64,000 bases of DNA, taken from Chthoniobacterales bacterium (lineage in GTDB: Bacteria > Verrucomicrobiota > Verrucomicrobiia > Chthoniobacterales > Chthoniobacteraceae). Position 1 is the stretch's first letter. The number at the start of each line of letters is the position of its first letter. The stretch is from contig JBBRPM010000006.1 in NCBI GenBank assembly GCA_038228115.1, positions 93,366 through 157,365 on the forward strand, read 5' to 3'. This document shows, one piece after another, positions 27,656 to 37,634 of this stretch. The translations under genes were made by a program, and so were the position numbers. The notes under the pieces are model-generated. The model searched no databases. It was not told the DNA's origin and saw only the letters and a program-made list of their open reading frames with translations.

Positions 27656-29110
27656 ATGAAAACACGCCGCCAGTTTCTCCGTCAGGCCAGTTGTGCCGGG
27701 GTCAGCAGCATCCCGATTTTGAATACGCTGCTCAACTTGCGCCTCGCGAGTTCCATCGCAAACGCCGCGCCGCCGGCTGACGGCGAATACCGCGCGCTCG
27801 TGTGCATTTTCCAAAGCGGCGGGAATGACAGTTTCAACATGCTCACGCCTTTTCCCGGAGCTTCGGCGGCTGCAACCACCGCGTTTGCGGAATACACCGC
27901 GAGCCGCTCGGATCTGGCGCTGCCGCAAAATCAGCTTCACGAAATTCATCCGACAAATACGCCGGGTCGTACCTTCGGTGTGCATCCGGGCATGCCGAAG
28001 CTCGCGGCGCTTTTTGAAAGCGGGAAGGCGGCGTTTGTCGCGAATGTCGGCACGCTCATCGAACCGGTGCTGAATCGGACGCAAGTCGCGCAAACCTCGA
28101 AGCGGCTGCCCCTCGGGCTTTACTCGCACTCGGATCAAATCGAGCAGTGGCAGACGAGCGTGCCGCACAGCCGCTCGGGCGTGGGCTGGGCGGGACGCGT
28201 GATGGATTTGCTGAAAGGCGTGAACACGAACCAGGCGGTGTCGATGAACATTTCCACCGATGGCAGCAACGTTTGGCAGACCGGAATCACGGGCGCGGAA
28301 TACGCGGTGAATCCCGGCAACGCGCAAGAAGCAGGCGGCGCGACGGCACTCGCGGGCTATGCCGCCGACTACATCGCAGACGCGGCCGTGACGAATGCCA
28401 CGAGCGCGGCCGTCGATAGTCAGCTCGCGCTGCAATACACAAATTTACTCCAGCAGACCTTTGTGGAAAAACGCCGCACTGCGCAGGAAGCCTACGCGCT
28501 TTATTCCACCGCGACGACCGGCACGCTGCCCGGCAGCATCATGTTTCCCAATACGGGCGTGGGCCGCCAGCTCCAGCAAGTCGCCCGTGCGATCATGGGC
28601 CGCGCGGGGCTCGGCGCGTTGCGGCAGACGTTCTTCGTGAACAGCGGCGGATGGGATCACCACAGCAACACGCTCGCCTCGCAGGCCGCGATGCTGCCGG
28701 AGATCGACAATGCGCTCGACGCCTTCTGGCGGCAGCTCGTCCAGCTCGGCATTTCGGACAAGGTGACGATTTTCTCCGCGTCGGATTTTGGTCGCACACT
28801 CACGAGCAACAGCCAGGGCTCCGATCACGCGTGGGGTGGAAATGCGTATGTCGTCGGCGGCAGCGTCGTCGGGAAAAAAATCTACGGCACCTATCCGAGC
28901 CTCGCGGTGAACCCGGACACCGGCGCAGAAATCAACCCGCTCGACACGGGCCGCGGTCGGCTCATCCCGACGACGAGCTGCGACGAATTCTTTGCCGAGA
29001 TGGCCCTCTGGCTCGGCGTCCCCGCTTCAAGTCTGCCGCTGATTTTACCGAACATCGGAAACTTTTACTCCACCAGCAGCAGCACGCCGCCGCTGGGATT
29101 TTTGGCGTAG
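27656..29110 (+). CDS. DUF1501-family protein with Tat signal
   Basis: Twin-arginine motif RRQFLRQA; sulfatase-like DUF1501 body (GGWDHH). Confidence 0.75.
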   Translation: MKTRRQFLRQASCAGVSSIPILNTLLNLRLASSIANAAPPADGEYRALVCIFQSGGNDSFNMLTPFPGASAAATTAFAEYTASRSDLALPQNQLHEIHPTNTPGRTFGVHPGMPKLAALFESGKAAFVANVGTLIEPVLNRTQVAQTSKRLPLGLYSHSDQIEQWQTSVPHSRSGVGWAGRVMDLLKGVNTNQAVSMNISTDGSNVWQTGITGAEYAVNPGNAQEAGGATALAGYAADYIADAAVTNATSAAVDSQLALQYTNLLQQTFVEKRRTAQEAYALYSTATTGTLPGSIMFPNTGVGRQLQQVARAIMGRAGLGALRQTFFVNSGGWDHHSNTLASQAAMLPEIDNALDAFWRQLVQLGISDKVTIFSASDFGRTLTSNSQGSDHAWGGNAYVVGGSVVGKKIYGTYPSLAVNPDTGAEINPLDTGRGRLIPTTSCDEFFAEMALWLGVPASSLPLILPNIGNFYSTSSSTPPLGFLA

Positions 29111-29157
29111 ACGCCGGGACTTGCCACGCGCGTTCGCTCCGGCATTCTCGCGCCGCA

Positions 29158-29921
29158 TGAAACTCATTTCCTGGAACGTGAACGGCATCCGGTCCGTTTT
29201 GAAAAAAGGCGCGCTCGATCTCGTCGCACACGAGAAACCGGACATCGTTTGTTTTCAGGAAACGAAAGCGCACCCGGATGATGTGACGGCGTTCTGGCCG
29301 GAGTATGACGCGCATTGGAACTGGGCGGAGAAGAAGGGCTACAGCGGTGTGCTCACGCTTTCCAAAGTGAAACCGCTGAGCGTGACGCGCGGGATCGGTA
29401 CGGCGGAGCACGACATGGAAGGGCGCGTGCTGACGACTGAGTTTGCGGACTTTTTTCTCGTGAATGTCTATGTGCCGAACTCGAAGCGGGAGCTGACGCG
29501 GCTGCCGTATCGCCAGCAGTGGGACCGCGATTTTCTGGCGCACCTCAAAGGGCTGGAGAAGACGAAGCCGGTGATTTGGTGCGGCGATTTGAACGTGGCG
29601 CACACGGAGATCGACCTCGCGCGACCGAAGGGAAATGAGAAGAACCACGGCTTCACGCCGGAGGAGCGCGCGGGGTTTTCAGCGTTCGTGGCGGCGGGAT
29701 TTGTGGACACGTTTCGCGAGTTTGAAAACGCGGGCGGTCACTACACTTGGTGGAGCCAGATGAGCGGCGCGCGCGCGCGGAATATCGGCTGGCGGATCGA
29801 CTATTTTCTGTGTTCGGAGGCGCTGCGATCGCGGCTGAAGTCGGCGACGATTTATCCGCACATCACGGGGTCGGATCATTGTCCGGTGGGCATCGAGCTG
29901 AAGGCGGCGAAGAAAAAATAA
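29158..29921 (+). CDS. xth: Exodeoxyribonuclease III
   Basis: MKLISWNVNGIRS N-terminus, DIVCFQETK, and EEP-nuclease motifs to the C-terminal SDHCPV. Confidence 0.85.
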
Positions 29922-29937
29922 GCACCGTCAAGATTCC

Positions 29938-30098
29938 GGCGAGCACGCTCTTCTCGAGTGCTGGTCTTCGCGTCCCACGGAGACGAACCTCCCTGCCGTA
30001 TCGCCTCTGAAAGCGTGAGCGGAGTAAGTTTCGGTGCGTTTTGAAAGTTCGTCTCGGCGGGACGCCGAAACCAGCACTCGGGACGAGCGCGCTCGCCG
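29938..30098. repeat. About 160-bp inverted-repeat element (51-bp arms, about 59-nt spacer) between convergent genes
   Basis: Left arm ggcgagcacgctcttctcgagtgctggtcttcgcgtcccacggagacgaac is nearly the exact reverse complement of right arm gttcgtctcggcgggacgccgaaaccagcactcgggacgagcgcgctcgcc. Confidence 0.55.
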
Positions 30099-30113
30099 AA
30101 TTTCCGCCGGGCG

Positions 30114-30845
30114 CTAGACGGCTTGCCGCAGTGCTCGCGCTTCTGCGTGGACGGCACGCAGTGCGTCGAGAAAGGCGGGGTCGGATTCGGCGGCGTGGTG
30201 CATTTCCTCGTGATGGCCGAGGCCGGAATCTTTCAGCGCGCGGAGGCGGTCTTGGATCAACAACTTCACTTCTTCTGCGTTGTCGATGCCGCGGAACCAC
30301 GCGGTGTGCAGATTTGGGCCGAGTTGTTTCTGGTTGGCGTGCGTGCCGCCGCCGCCGGCAGTCTCGACTTGGAGATCGGCGATGCCGAGCGGGCGTTGGA
30401 TCGGGCCTTGCACCACCGCGATGTTTTGGATGTTCGCAAACATCACGGTCATCTCGCGCACGTTCACGACGCCTTCGCGAATGCGCAGGCTGCGATCGGT
30501 GACGACGTACCAGCGTTTTTCGTAGTTGAGCCGCAGCACCGCGAAGGAAAAAAACAGGTGCGCGAGGAGCAGAAGAAACGCGAATCCAGACAGCGTGCCG
30601 ACGATCGCGCGGGCGAAGCCGGACACATGTCGATCCGTCATCAAGGCGAGATTCACCCCGCCGAGAAAAAGGACACCGAAGGCGAAAAAAAAGAGTGCGC
30701 CGATGGCCCAGAGGACGAGCAGATATTTGTAGTATGCCGGAGCGGCGCGGAAGACGCGGGCGCTCTGTTCGTCGCCAGGCGGCGGCGTGGGATCGTGCGG
30801 GATTTTAAGCAGGCGCTCGGCGAGATCGCGGAATGTTTTATACAT
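30114..30845 (-). CDS. Bacterial PH-domain (bPH_2, YdbT-like) membrane protein
   Basis: Two TM helices followed by a PH-like segment; overlaps its upstream paralogue by 8 nt. Confidence 0.5.
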   Translation of the reverse strand: MYKTFRDLAERLLKIPHDPTPPPGDEQSARVFRAAPAYYKYLLVLWAIGALFFFAFGVLFLGGVNLALMTDRHVSGFARAIVGTLSGFAFLLLLAHLFFSFAVLRLNYEKRWYVVTDRSLRIREGVVNVREMTVMFANIQNIAVVQGPIQRPLGIADLQVETAGGGGTHANQKQLGPNLHTAWFRGIDNAEEVKLLIQDRLRALKDSGLGHHEEMHHAAESDPAFLDALRAVHAEARALRQAV

Positions 30846-31386
30846 GGCGATCGTCCGCGGATGCTTTGCTGGAGCGGATTTGCAGGAGTTCGCGCGTTTG
30901 GCGGAGTTCCTCGCGGATGGCGAGGAGCAGCTTCACGGATTCGTCATCGGAGGCGCTCGGGAGCGGCGGCGGGGTGTGCGTGGTCTTCTCGCGGGTGCTG
31001 CGCATTTTCGTGTAAAGGAAATCGCGGATGGCTTCGTATTCCTTGAAGCCTTCGATCGTGAGTTCCGCGCCCGATGTTCCCGAGGCGGTCTGGATTTGCA
31101 CATCGGCGAGGCCGAGCCAGCGCTGGAAAACTCCCGAGCTGAGATGGATGTCTTGGATGCGCGCGTAGGTGACGTTCACCTCGCGGCGAAAGAGGAGGCC
31201 GACTTTCATGTGGATGCCTTCGCTGTCGAAGCGGTAGCGTAGCGTGTGGTAGCGGAAGTAGAGCAGCGGCAGCGTGATGAAAATCGCGGGCAGCGAGCAC
31301 ACGATGCGGATGAGATAGAGATGCCACAGCGCGGGCTGCGGACGTTCGAGCGCGAAGATCGCGACTTCGTCAGGCGGAGGATTCAC
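30838..31386 (-). CDS. Bacterial PH-domain (bPH_2, YdbS-like) membrane protein
   Basis: 182-aa ORF with a TM hairpin and PH-like region; translationally coupled to the downstream ORF. Confidence 0.5.
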   Translation of the reverse strand: MNPPPDEVAIFALERPQPALWHLYLIRIVCSLPAIFITLPLLYFRYHTLRYRFDSEGIHMKVGLLFRREVNVTYARIQDIHLSSGVFQRWLGLADVQIQTASGTSGAELTIEGFKEYEAIRDFLYTKMRSTREKTTHTPPPLPSASDDESVKLLLAIREELRQTRELLQIRSSKASADDRHV

Positions 31387-31438
31387 GACGCGATGGAATC
31401 AAGTGCGCGGCAGCGGGTCAATCGCACTGCCCGCCTCG

Positions 31439-31945
31439 CTACGCCCGCTTCACGTAAATCCCGAGCACCGGGCGCGGATACGGCGTGGTGGAGAAAAAGT
31501 CGCTGACGAAACCGCGTTCGGTGCGCATCTCCACATGGCCCGCGTCCCCGCCTCCATAGACGACGACTGCGCCCACCGGAGCGCGGCGCGGATCGGTTTC
31601 GCGGAGTTTTTGGAAGCCAAAGTTGCGCACCAATTCATCGCCGGCCTGCCGGGCGTAAGCGGTGGTGGGCCGTGTCTCGACGACATGCGCGGCGAGAAGC
31701 GCATTTTTCACGTAAGCCCAACAATGCCAGGTGGTGCGCTCGTGAGCGCGATCTTCGGCCAGCTTCAGGGCGCGCAGCATCCGCGCGTCGTAGCGCAGCG
31801 CTCTCGAAGCCGGGCCGAGACGCTCTTGCTCCTGGTCATTTGGGCTCCGTGCTTCGCCGCGTTTGTAGAGCGAACTTTCGGCTTCTGCGGAGAGCCCGTT
31901 TAAAGAAAAAAGCGATACGAAAAGTAAGACGAGATAGTTACGCAT
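31439..31945 (-). CDS. Secreted hypothetical protein with possible Cys/His (CHAP/NlpC-like) dyad
   Basis: Start at MRNYLVLLF (signal peptide); conserved-looking TTWHCWAYV and GHVE. Confidence 0.3.
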   Translation of the reverse strand: MRNYLVLLFVSLFSLNGLSAEAESSLYKRGEARSPNDQEQERLGPASRALRYDARMLRALKLAEDRAHERTTWHCWAYVKNALLAAHVVETRPTTAYARQAGDELVRNFGFQKLRETDPRRAPVGAVVVYGGGDAGHVEMRTERGFVSDFFSTTPYPRPVLGIYVKRA

Positions 31946-32061
31946 TGTAGGATGAAGGCTGACACGAGAGCCGACAGTAGAGGCGCTAATGGACTCGTCA
32001 ACCCTGACGTGAAACTTGCTCCGGCAGCCGGAGCGCCTGCCCTGCAAACGTGTCCAGCGCA

Positions 32062-32106
32062 GCAAAACGCCGCAGCGGATCGGACGCTGCGGCGCTTTTA
32101 TTTTCA
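32062..32106 (-). terminator. Bidirectional rho-independent terminator 3' of the flotillin gene
   Basis: cgccgcagc-gatcggac-gctgcggcg hairpin flanked by an A-tract and cttttattttc. Confidence 0.45.
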
Positions 32107-32166
32107 GAGGCCCGCTGAGCGGGGACTACGAACGAACCGCTTGAAGGCGGAACTCCGAACGGCGCT

Positions 32167-33830
32167 TTACGCGGCGATGTCGCGCGGTGGCTCGGGTTTT
32201 ACGGGAGCGGTCGGCTCGGCCATGTGCTGCCAGGCGGCGAGCATTTGCATGATCGCTTGGAAAAGGCCGACTTCACCGCTGCCGGGCGCTCCGGGTTTGC
32301 CGTCGCCGTTTCCGCCAAGCAGGACGACGCGCTCGGGGACGAGCGGTTGCTTGCTGTTGGCGAGTTGCGCGCCGATGAGGTTCAGCGCGTAGAGGCGCGG
32401 GTCGGTGAAGGCTTCGATCTTCTGCCGGCTCACGTTCGCTTCGGCTTCGCCGACTTGCGCGATCTTCGCCGCTTCGCCCTGGCCTTCGAGTTCGCTCGCG
32501 CGGGCGCGGCCTTCCGCGATCGCGATTTCACGTTTCGCGAGCTGGCCAGCTTCAGCGAGTTGCGCCGCGCCACGGTTGCCTGCGATCTCGATTTCCACGC
32601 GCGTCTGCGTGAGTTGCGTCTGCCGCTCGGCTTCGGCCTGCACATGGTTCAGCGCCTTGAGTTGCACGGCGGCTTCCTGCTGTTTGGCAAACGTCTCCTT
32701 TTGCTCCTCGGCGAGACGACGCTGGCGGAGTTGGTCGAAGAGACGGTCGATCGGGTCTTCTGCGCCAGGGGCCAGCGCGCCGGTCTCGGGCCGACCGATC
32801 AGCACTGCCACGCAGTTGATGTCGAAATCCTGGAACCGGCGACCGAGGGCTTCGGTCGCGAGGCGCTGGATTTCTTCACGGTGTGTGAGCAGGTCGAGCA
32901 TGTTGCTGCTTTGCGCGACGTCGCGGAAATACGCGGTGAGGATCGGGTCGAGGGTCTGCGTGATAAGCCGGCGCACGTCACCAAAACGCTGCACGACGCG
33001 CGGGGCTTTTTCGTAGTCGATGTGCAGCACGAGCGAGAGCGGGAGCAGCGGTTCGTAGCCATCGGCGGTGATGAGCGGGATGCTCGTGAGCGCTTCGTCG
33101 TAACGATGCGCCTCGGTCTGGCCGCTGATCCAGCGCAGGACAAAGTTCACCGTCGGCACGAGTTCGACTTTCAGCGCATACGGATTGAGCGCGTATTTGC
33201 CAGGCGCGAGCGCATCGCGCCAAACGCCGCGGTGGCCCGCCTCGACTTGCTGGCCGTAGCGGAATTGCGCGCCGGTCAGGTCTTCGCCGCTGGCGCCGTA
33301 GTAGGAAATGACGACGCCGACGTAGCCAATCGGGATGAGCGTTTTCGGCTGCAATTCGATGGTCGCAAACCAGCGGTTGATGAAGAACGTGCCGTCGGTG
33401 AGCACTTGCAGTTGCTTACCACGACGACCGCCGAGCGCGAGGAACGCTTCGGGTCTTGGAAGCCATTGCAGTCCACGATGGCACCAAGCGTTTGCGACTG
33501 GCCGAGCGGCAATCCATCGCGCGCATACACGTAACCGATGCGGCCTTCCGCGATGGTGACGAGCGGCACCGCATGGACGCGATACATCCAGAACGGATAG
33601 CCGATGTAGAGCCCGCCGCGCAGCACGCGCGCCTGATAGCCTGCCTCGCCTTTGAGCGCGAGGATGCGCCCTTGCGTGAGCGAGCCGCTGGACGACCAGA
33701 GTTTTTCCAAAATGCCGACGCGGCGGTGCGGAATATAACGCACACCGACGATGGCTAGTAAGACCAGCATCCCGAAGACTACCTCCGCGAGTATGGTCAC
33801 GACGGGGATCAGCGAAGTAAGGCTGCCCAT
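32167..33830 (-). pseudogene. SPFH/flotillin (YqiK-like) gene split by a single-nucleotide frameshift
   Basis: ORF 33276..33830 (TM segment plus ...AIVDCNGFQD) and ORF 32167..33405 (...EAFLALGGRRGKQLQVLTDGTFF...) are contiguous parts of one flotillin. The frames differ by one base near 33448..33456. Confidence 0.6.
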
Positions 33831-34231
33831 ATGTTTATTTGCTTTCTATGTCTGCGCCGTCGCTTTGCGGAAAGCCACGACGCGGTGGTGTTCAGAGAGC
33901 GTGGGGAGCGTCGCTGACGCCTCCGTATGTCACACCGGAAAGCTATTCGACGTTCGACTACCCTTTGATGCTGCTGACGGAGTTAGCTGTCGGACTTGGG
34001 CCATCAATTGCCCCCGGCGCCGCAGCGCCGTTCGCCCCGAAGCCGCATGGCTGCTTGATTTGCAGTCGTGCGGCGGAAGTGGGTCCCCCGTTGCTCCGGC
34101 CACCAGGCTGGAGCATTTAGCTGGCAAAGAACTGGTAGGAGTATCTGGGGAGTTCGGATGGCTGACAATCGAAACCGGCACGTCCGACGATTCAGTTAGA
34201 TTTGGCAGTGCGAATGCTGGCGGCGGGGTAG

Positions 34232-34636
34232 TTAGTCTTTGTCGATCGATAGCTTTCCTGGTCCGATGAACGCCAGACTCACGAAGACTACCGCCATTTT
34301 CAGCGGGTGCGAGTAGGCGTTGAAATCCGCGCTTTTTCCCGAGGCAACTGTGAGGGTGGCGACCGTCATCGTGAAGGCGAGGAGAAGACTGACGGGGCGG
34401 AAACAGAAGCCAAGGATGAGCAAGATGCCGCCGATGCCTTCGGTGGCCGCGGCCATAAAGCCCCAAAACGTCGGAAGGAAATGGATGCCGAGAACGCCCA
34501 TGCTTTTTCCCAAAACAGCCCAGCGTACGGGCCCGTCGGTGAGCTTTGGCAGTCCGTGGATGATGTAGGCGGCACCGAGGCCGAGGCGCAGGAAGAGCAG
34601 ACCGGCGTCGCGATATTTTCCGAGGAACTTGAGCAT
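34232..34636 (-). CDS. DoxX-family membrane protein
   Basis: LLFLRLGLGAAYIIHGLPKL and four TM helices. Confidence 0.6.
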   Translation of the reverse strand: MLKFLGKYRDAGLLFLRLGLGAAYIIHGLPKLTDGPVRWAVLGKSMGVLGIHFLPTFWGFMAAATEGIGGILLILGFCFRPVSLLLAFTMTVATLTVASGKSADFNAYSHPLKMAVVFVSLAFIGPGKLSIDKD

Positions 34637-34672
34637 GGCGGGAGGGTAACGTGGGCGAGACGGCTCGCGAGT

Positions 34673-35419
34673 TCAAAAAACTCCGATGAGGCGGAGCGCG
34701 GCGATGGCGGCGAAGGCCAGCAACAGGGCGTCGAAGAGGCGCTGCGGGATGCGCGTGACGCACCATCGTCCTGTGAAAAGGCCGCACGCGATGGCTGGCA
34801 CGAGGATGGCGTTTAAGGTGAGAGTGCTGGAGTGAATGAGGCCGAGTTGCGCGCTGAAGGGAACCTTGAGGCAATTGATGACGAAGAAAAACCAGGCGCT
34901 CGTGCCGACCAACTCGAATTTCGGAAGCGAGACGGCGATGAAAAAGAGCGCCATGACGGGGCCAGCGGCGTTCGCGACCATGGTGGTGACGCCGGCGAGC
35001 AGGCCAATCACCCACGCGAACCAGAGCTGGTGCGGCACTTTCTCGAAGAGGATGGGACGCCAGAGTCGCAGGAGTTGAAGACAGGCGAGGACGAGGATGA
35101 TGGCGCCGATGAGCGGTTTGTACGCGGCGTCCGAGAGGCCGAGCATGAGTCGCCATCCGATGACGATGCCGGTAATAGCGGGCGGCAGCAGGCGGCGAAT
35201 GTAGTCCCATCTGGCGTGCTGCCGAAAGGCGAGCACGGCGAGGGTGTCGCCGACGATGAGCATCGGCAAAACGACGCCGGTGGAATCGCGCGCCCCGAAG
35301 AGGAAGATGAACACGAGGACGTGAACGAGGCTCACGCCGGCAAAGCCGCTTTTTGAAAGGCCGATTCCGAAGGCGGCGAGGGCAGCAAGGAGCCATTGGG
35401 CTGCGGTTAAATGGGGCAT
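34673..35419 (-). CDS. TSUP-family (TauE/SafE) anion exporter
   Basis: Start at MPHLTAAQ; eight TM segments with an internal repeat. Confidence 0.65.
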   Translation of the reverse strand: MPHLTAAQWLLAALAAFGIGLSKSGFAGVSLVHVLVFIFLFGARDSTGVVLPMLIVGDTLAVLAFRQHARWDYIRRLLPPAITGIVIGWRLMLGLSDAAYKPLIGAIILVLACLQLLRLWRPILFEKVPHQLWFAWVIGLLAGVTTMVANAAGPVMALFFIAVSLPKFELVGTSAWFFFVINCLKVPFSAQLGLIHSSTLTLNAILVPAIACGLFTGRWCVTRIPQRLFDALLLAFAAIAALRLIGVF

Positions 35420-35641
35420 CTTCGGCGCGAGATTGGAGGGGAGCCGGGAAAGGGAAAGCGTGGATTTAGAGGTGACTCGATACCCGTACAAAATTCAGCC
35501 CCCCGCAACCGAGTGGCTGCGAAGGGCTGATGTTCCCCCCAGAACAATCTTCTAAATTCGTGACTAGAATACGGTGGTAATCGGGAAGCGCAAGGAAAGA
35601 ATTACGAATACGTAGATATTTCTTTGTGCCCTCATCTTTGA

Positions 35642-36931
35642 CTACGCGGCGTCCTTGTCCTGCTTGCGACGGATGATCGGCGGCTTCTTGCCCTCCACTA
35701 CCGCGCGATTGATGGTGACGTCCGCGACGTCTTCCGGGCTCGGAATTTCATACATCATGTCGAGCATGATGCGCTCAAGCATCGCGCGCAATGCGCGAGC
35801 CCCCGTGCCTTTCGTGGAAGCCTGCTGCGCGAGTGCGCGGAGAGCGTCCTTCGTCACCGTCAGGCTCACGCCTTCCATGGCCATCAGCTTGGTGTACTGC
35901 TTGATCATCGCGTTTTTGGTCTCGGTAAGGACCATGACCATTTCGTCTTCGGAGAGCTGATCCAGCGCCGCTACGACGGGGAGACGACCCACAAATTCGG
36001 GGATCATCCCAAAGCCGAGCAAATCTTCCGGTTCCGTGTAGCGCAAAATTTCGCTATTCGGCACTTCGGCTTCCGCGACTTGATTCGGACCGCCCGCTCC
36101 GCCGAAGCCGAGCACTTTTTTCCCGCGCCGACGCTCGATGAGTTTGTTCAAACCGACGAACGCTCCGCCGCACACGAACAAAATCTTTTCCGTGCTAACC
36201 TGAATGTATTCCTGATGCGGATGCTTGCGTCCACCTTGCGGCGGGACGTTGCACGTCGTGCCTTCGAGGATTTTCAAAAGCGCCTGCTGCACGCCTTCGC
36301 CGCTGACATCGCGGGTGATGGAGACGTTGTCCGTTTTCCGCCCGATTTTGTCGATTTCGTCGATGTAAACGATGCCGATCTCGGCGCGCTTCACGTCGTA
36401 GTCGGCGTTTTGCAAAAGGCGCAGGATGATGTTTTCCACATCCTCTCCGACGTAACCCGCTTCCGTGAGCGTCGTGGCGTCGGCGATGCAAAATGGTACG
36501 TCCAAAATGCGAGCGAGCGTGCGGGCGAGCAGCGTTTTGCCGCTGCCCGTGGGGCCGATGAGCAGGATGTTGCTTTTCTCGATCTCCACATCGGCCAGCG
36601 GGTCCATTTGCAGGGACGTTCCCGTGCCGACGGTGCCGTTATGCAGGATGCGTTTGTAGTGATTGTGAACCGCAACGCTCAGCACTTTTTTCGCGCGATC
36701 CTGACCGATGACGAAGTTGTCCAGTTGCCGCCGGATTTCGATCGGCTTTGGAACCCGCAACGTCGTGCTCTGCCGGCGCGTGTCTTCGTTCAATTCCTTA
36801 TCCAGTATGCCTTTGCAGACATTGATGCAGGAATCGCAGATATACACGCCGGGTCCGGCGATGAGTTTGCGCACCTCTGCGTGGCTTTTGCCGCAGAAAC
36901 TGCACATCGTTAAATTGCTGGCTCTAGCCAT
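35642..36931 (-). CDS. clpX: ATP-dependent Clp protease ATP-binding subunit ClpX
   Basis: N-terminal zinc finger CSFCGK...CDSC, Walker A GPTGSGKT, full-length ClpX. Confidence 0.95.
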   Translation of the reverse strand: MARASNLTMCSFCGKSHAEVRKLIAGPGVYICDSCINVCKGILDKELNEDTRRQSTTLRVPKPIEIRRQLDNFVIGQDRAKKVLSVAVHNHYKRILHNGTVGTGTSLQMDPLADVEIEKSNILLIGPTGSGKTLLARTLARILDVPFCIADATTLTEAGYVGEDVENIILRLLQNADYDVKRAEIGIVYIDEIDKIGRKTDNVSITRDVSGEGVQQALLKILEGTTCNVPPQGGRKHPHQEYIQVSTEKILFVCGGAFVGLNKLIERRRGKKVLGFGGAGGPNQVAEAEVPNSEILRYTEPEDLLGFGMIPEFVGRLPVVAALDQLSEDEMVMVLTETKNAMIKQYTKLMAMEGVSLTVTKDALRALAQQASTKGTGARALRAMLERIMLDMMYEIPSPEDVADVTINRAVVEGKKPPIIRRKQDKDAA

Positions 36932-36937
36932 ATCCGG

Positions 36938-37618
36938 TCACGAGTCAGCTTTTTCCGCGCCACCCTCCGATGCAGTCTCAACTTTGATATCCTTACGTGA
37001 AGTCACAACCGTGTCCACTAGACCATATTCCTTCGCCTCGGCAGCAGTCATGTAATAGTCGCGATCGGAATCGTTCTTCACCACCTCTTCGCTCTTCCCG
37101 GCGCTCTCCGCGAGGATGCGGATGAGCCGCTTCTTGAGCCGGTACATGTATTCCACCGTGCGCTCCACGTCGCTCGCAGTTCCCTGCGCGCCGCCGCTGA
37201 CCTGATGGATCATGATGTCCGAATTCGGCAGTGCATAACGCTTGCCCTTCGTCCCCGCGGCGAGCAACACCGCGCCCATCGAGGCGGCCATGCCGATGCA
37301 GTAGGTATTCACGTCGCAGGTCAAAAACTGCATCGTGTCATAAATCGCGAGCCCTGCCGTCACCGAGCCGCCGGGGCTGTTGATGTAGATGCTGATGTCC
37401 TTCTTCCCGTCCTCCATTTGGAGAAAAAGGAGCTGCGCGATGATGGAATTCGCCACGCCGTCGTCGATCGCCGTCCCGAGGAAAATGATGCGATCCTTCA
37501 GGAGCCGCGAGTAAATGTCGTAACTCCGCTCGCCGCGCCCGGTCTGTTCGACCACATACGGGATGAAGTAATTACTCTGTGGCGGGGCGGCGATGCCGCG
37601 ATTGGGTTGGATGATCAT
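36938..37618 (-). CDS. clpP: ATP-dependent Clp protease proteolytic subunit ClpP
   Basis: Canonical ClpP sequence ([14 protein letters not shown], catalytic Ser/His/Asp). Confidence 0.95.
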   Translation of the reverse strand: MIIQPNRGIAAPPQSNYFIPYVVEQTGRGERSYDIYSRLLKDRIIFLGTAIDDGVANSIIAQLLFLQMEDGKKDISIYINSPGGSVTAGLAIYDTMQFLTCDVNTYCIGMAASMGAVLLAAGTKGKRYALPNSDIMIHQVSGGAQGTASDVERTVEYMYRLKKRLIRILAESAGKSEEVVKNDSDRDYYMTAAEAKEYGLVDTVVTSRKDIKVETASEGGAEKADS

Positions 37619-37634
37619 GTGGAAAAAAAGGGGT

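Noticed and set aside
32224-33534. 436-aa plus-strand ORF
   Set aside because: Antisense to the flotillin gene.
33930-35396. 488-aa minus-strand ORF
   Set aside because: Runs across the DoxX and TSUP genes in another frame; Arg/Pro/His-rich; spurious.
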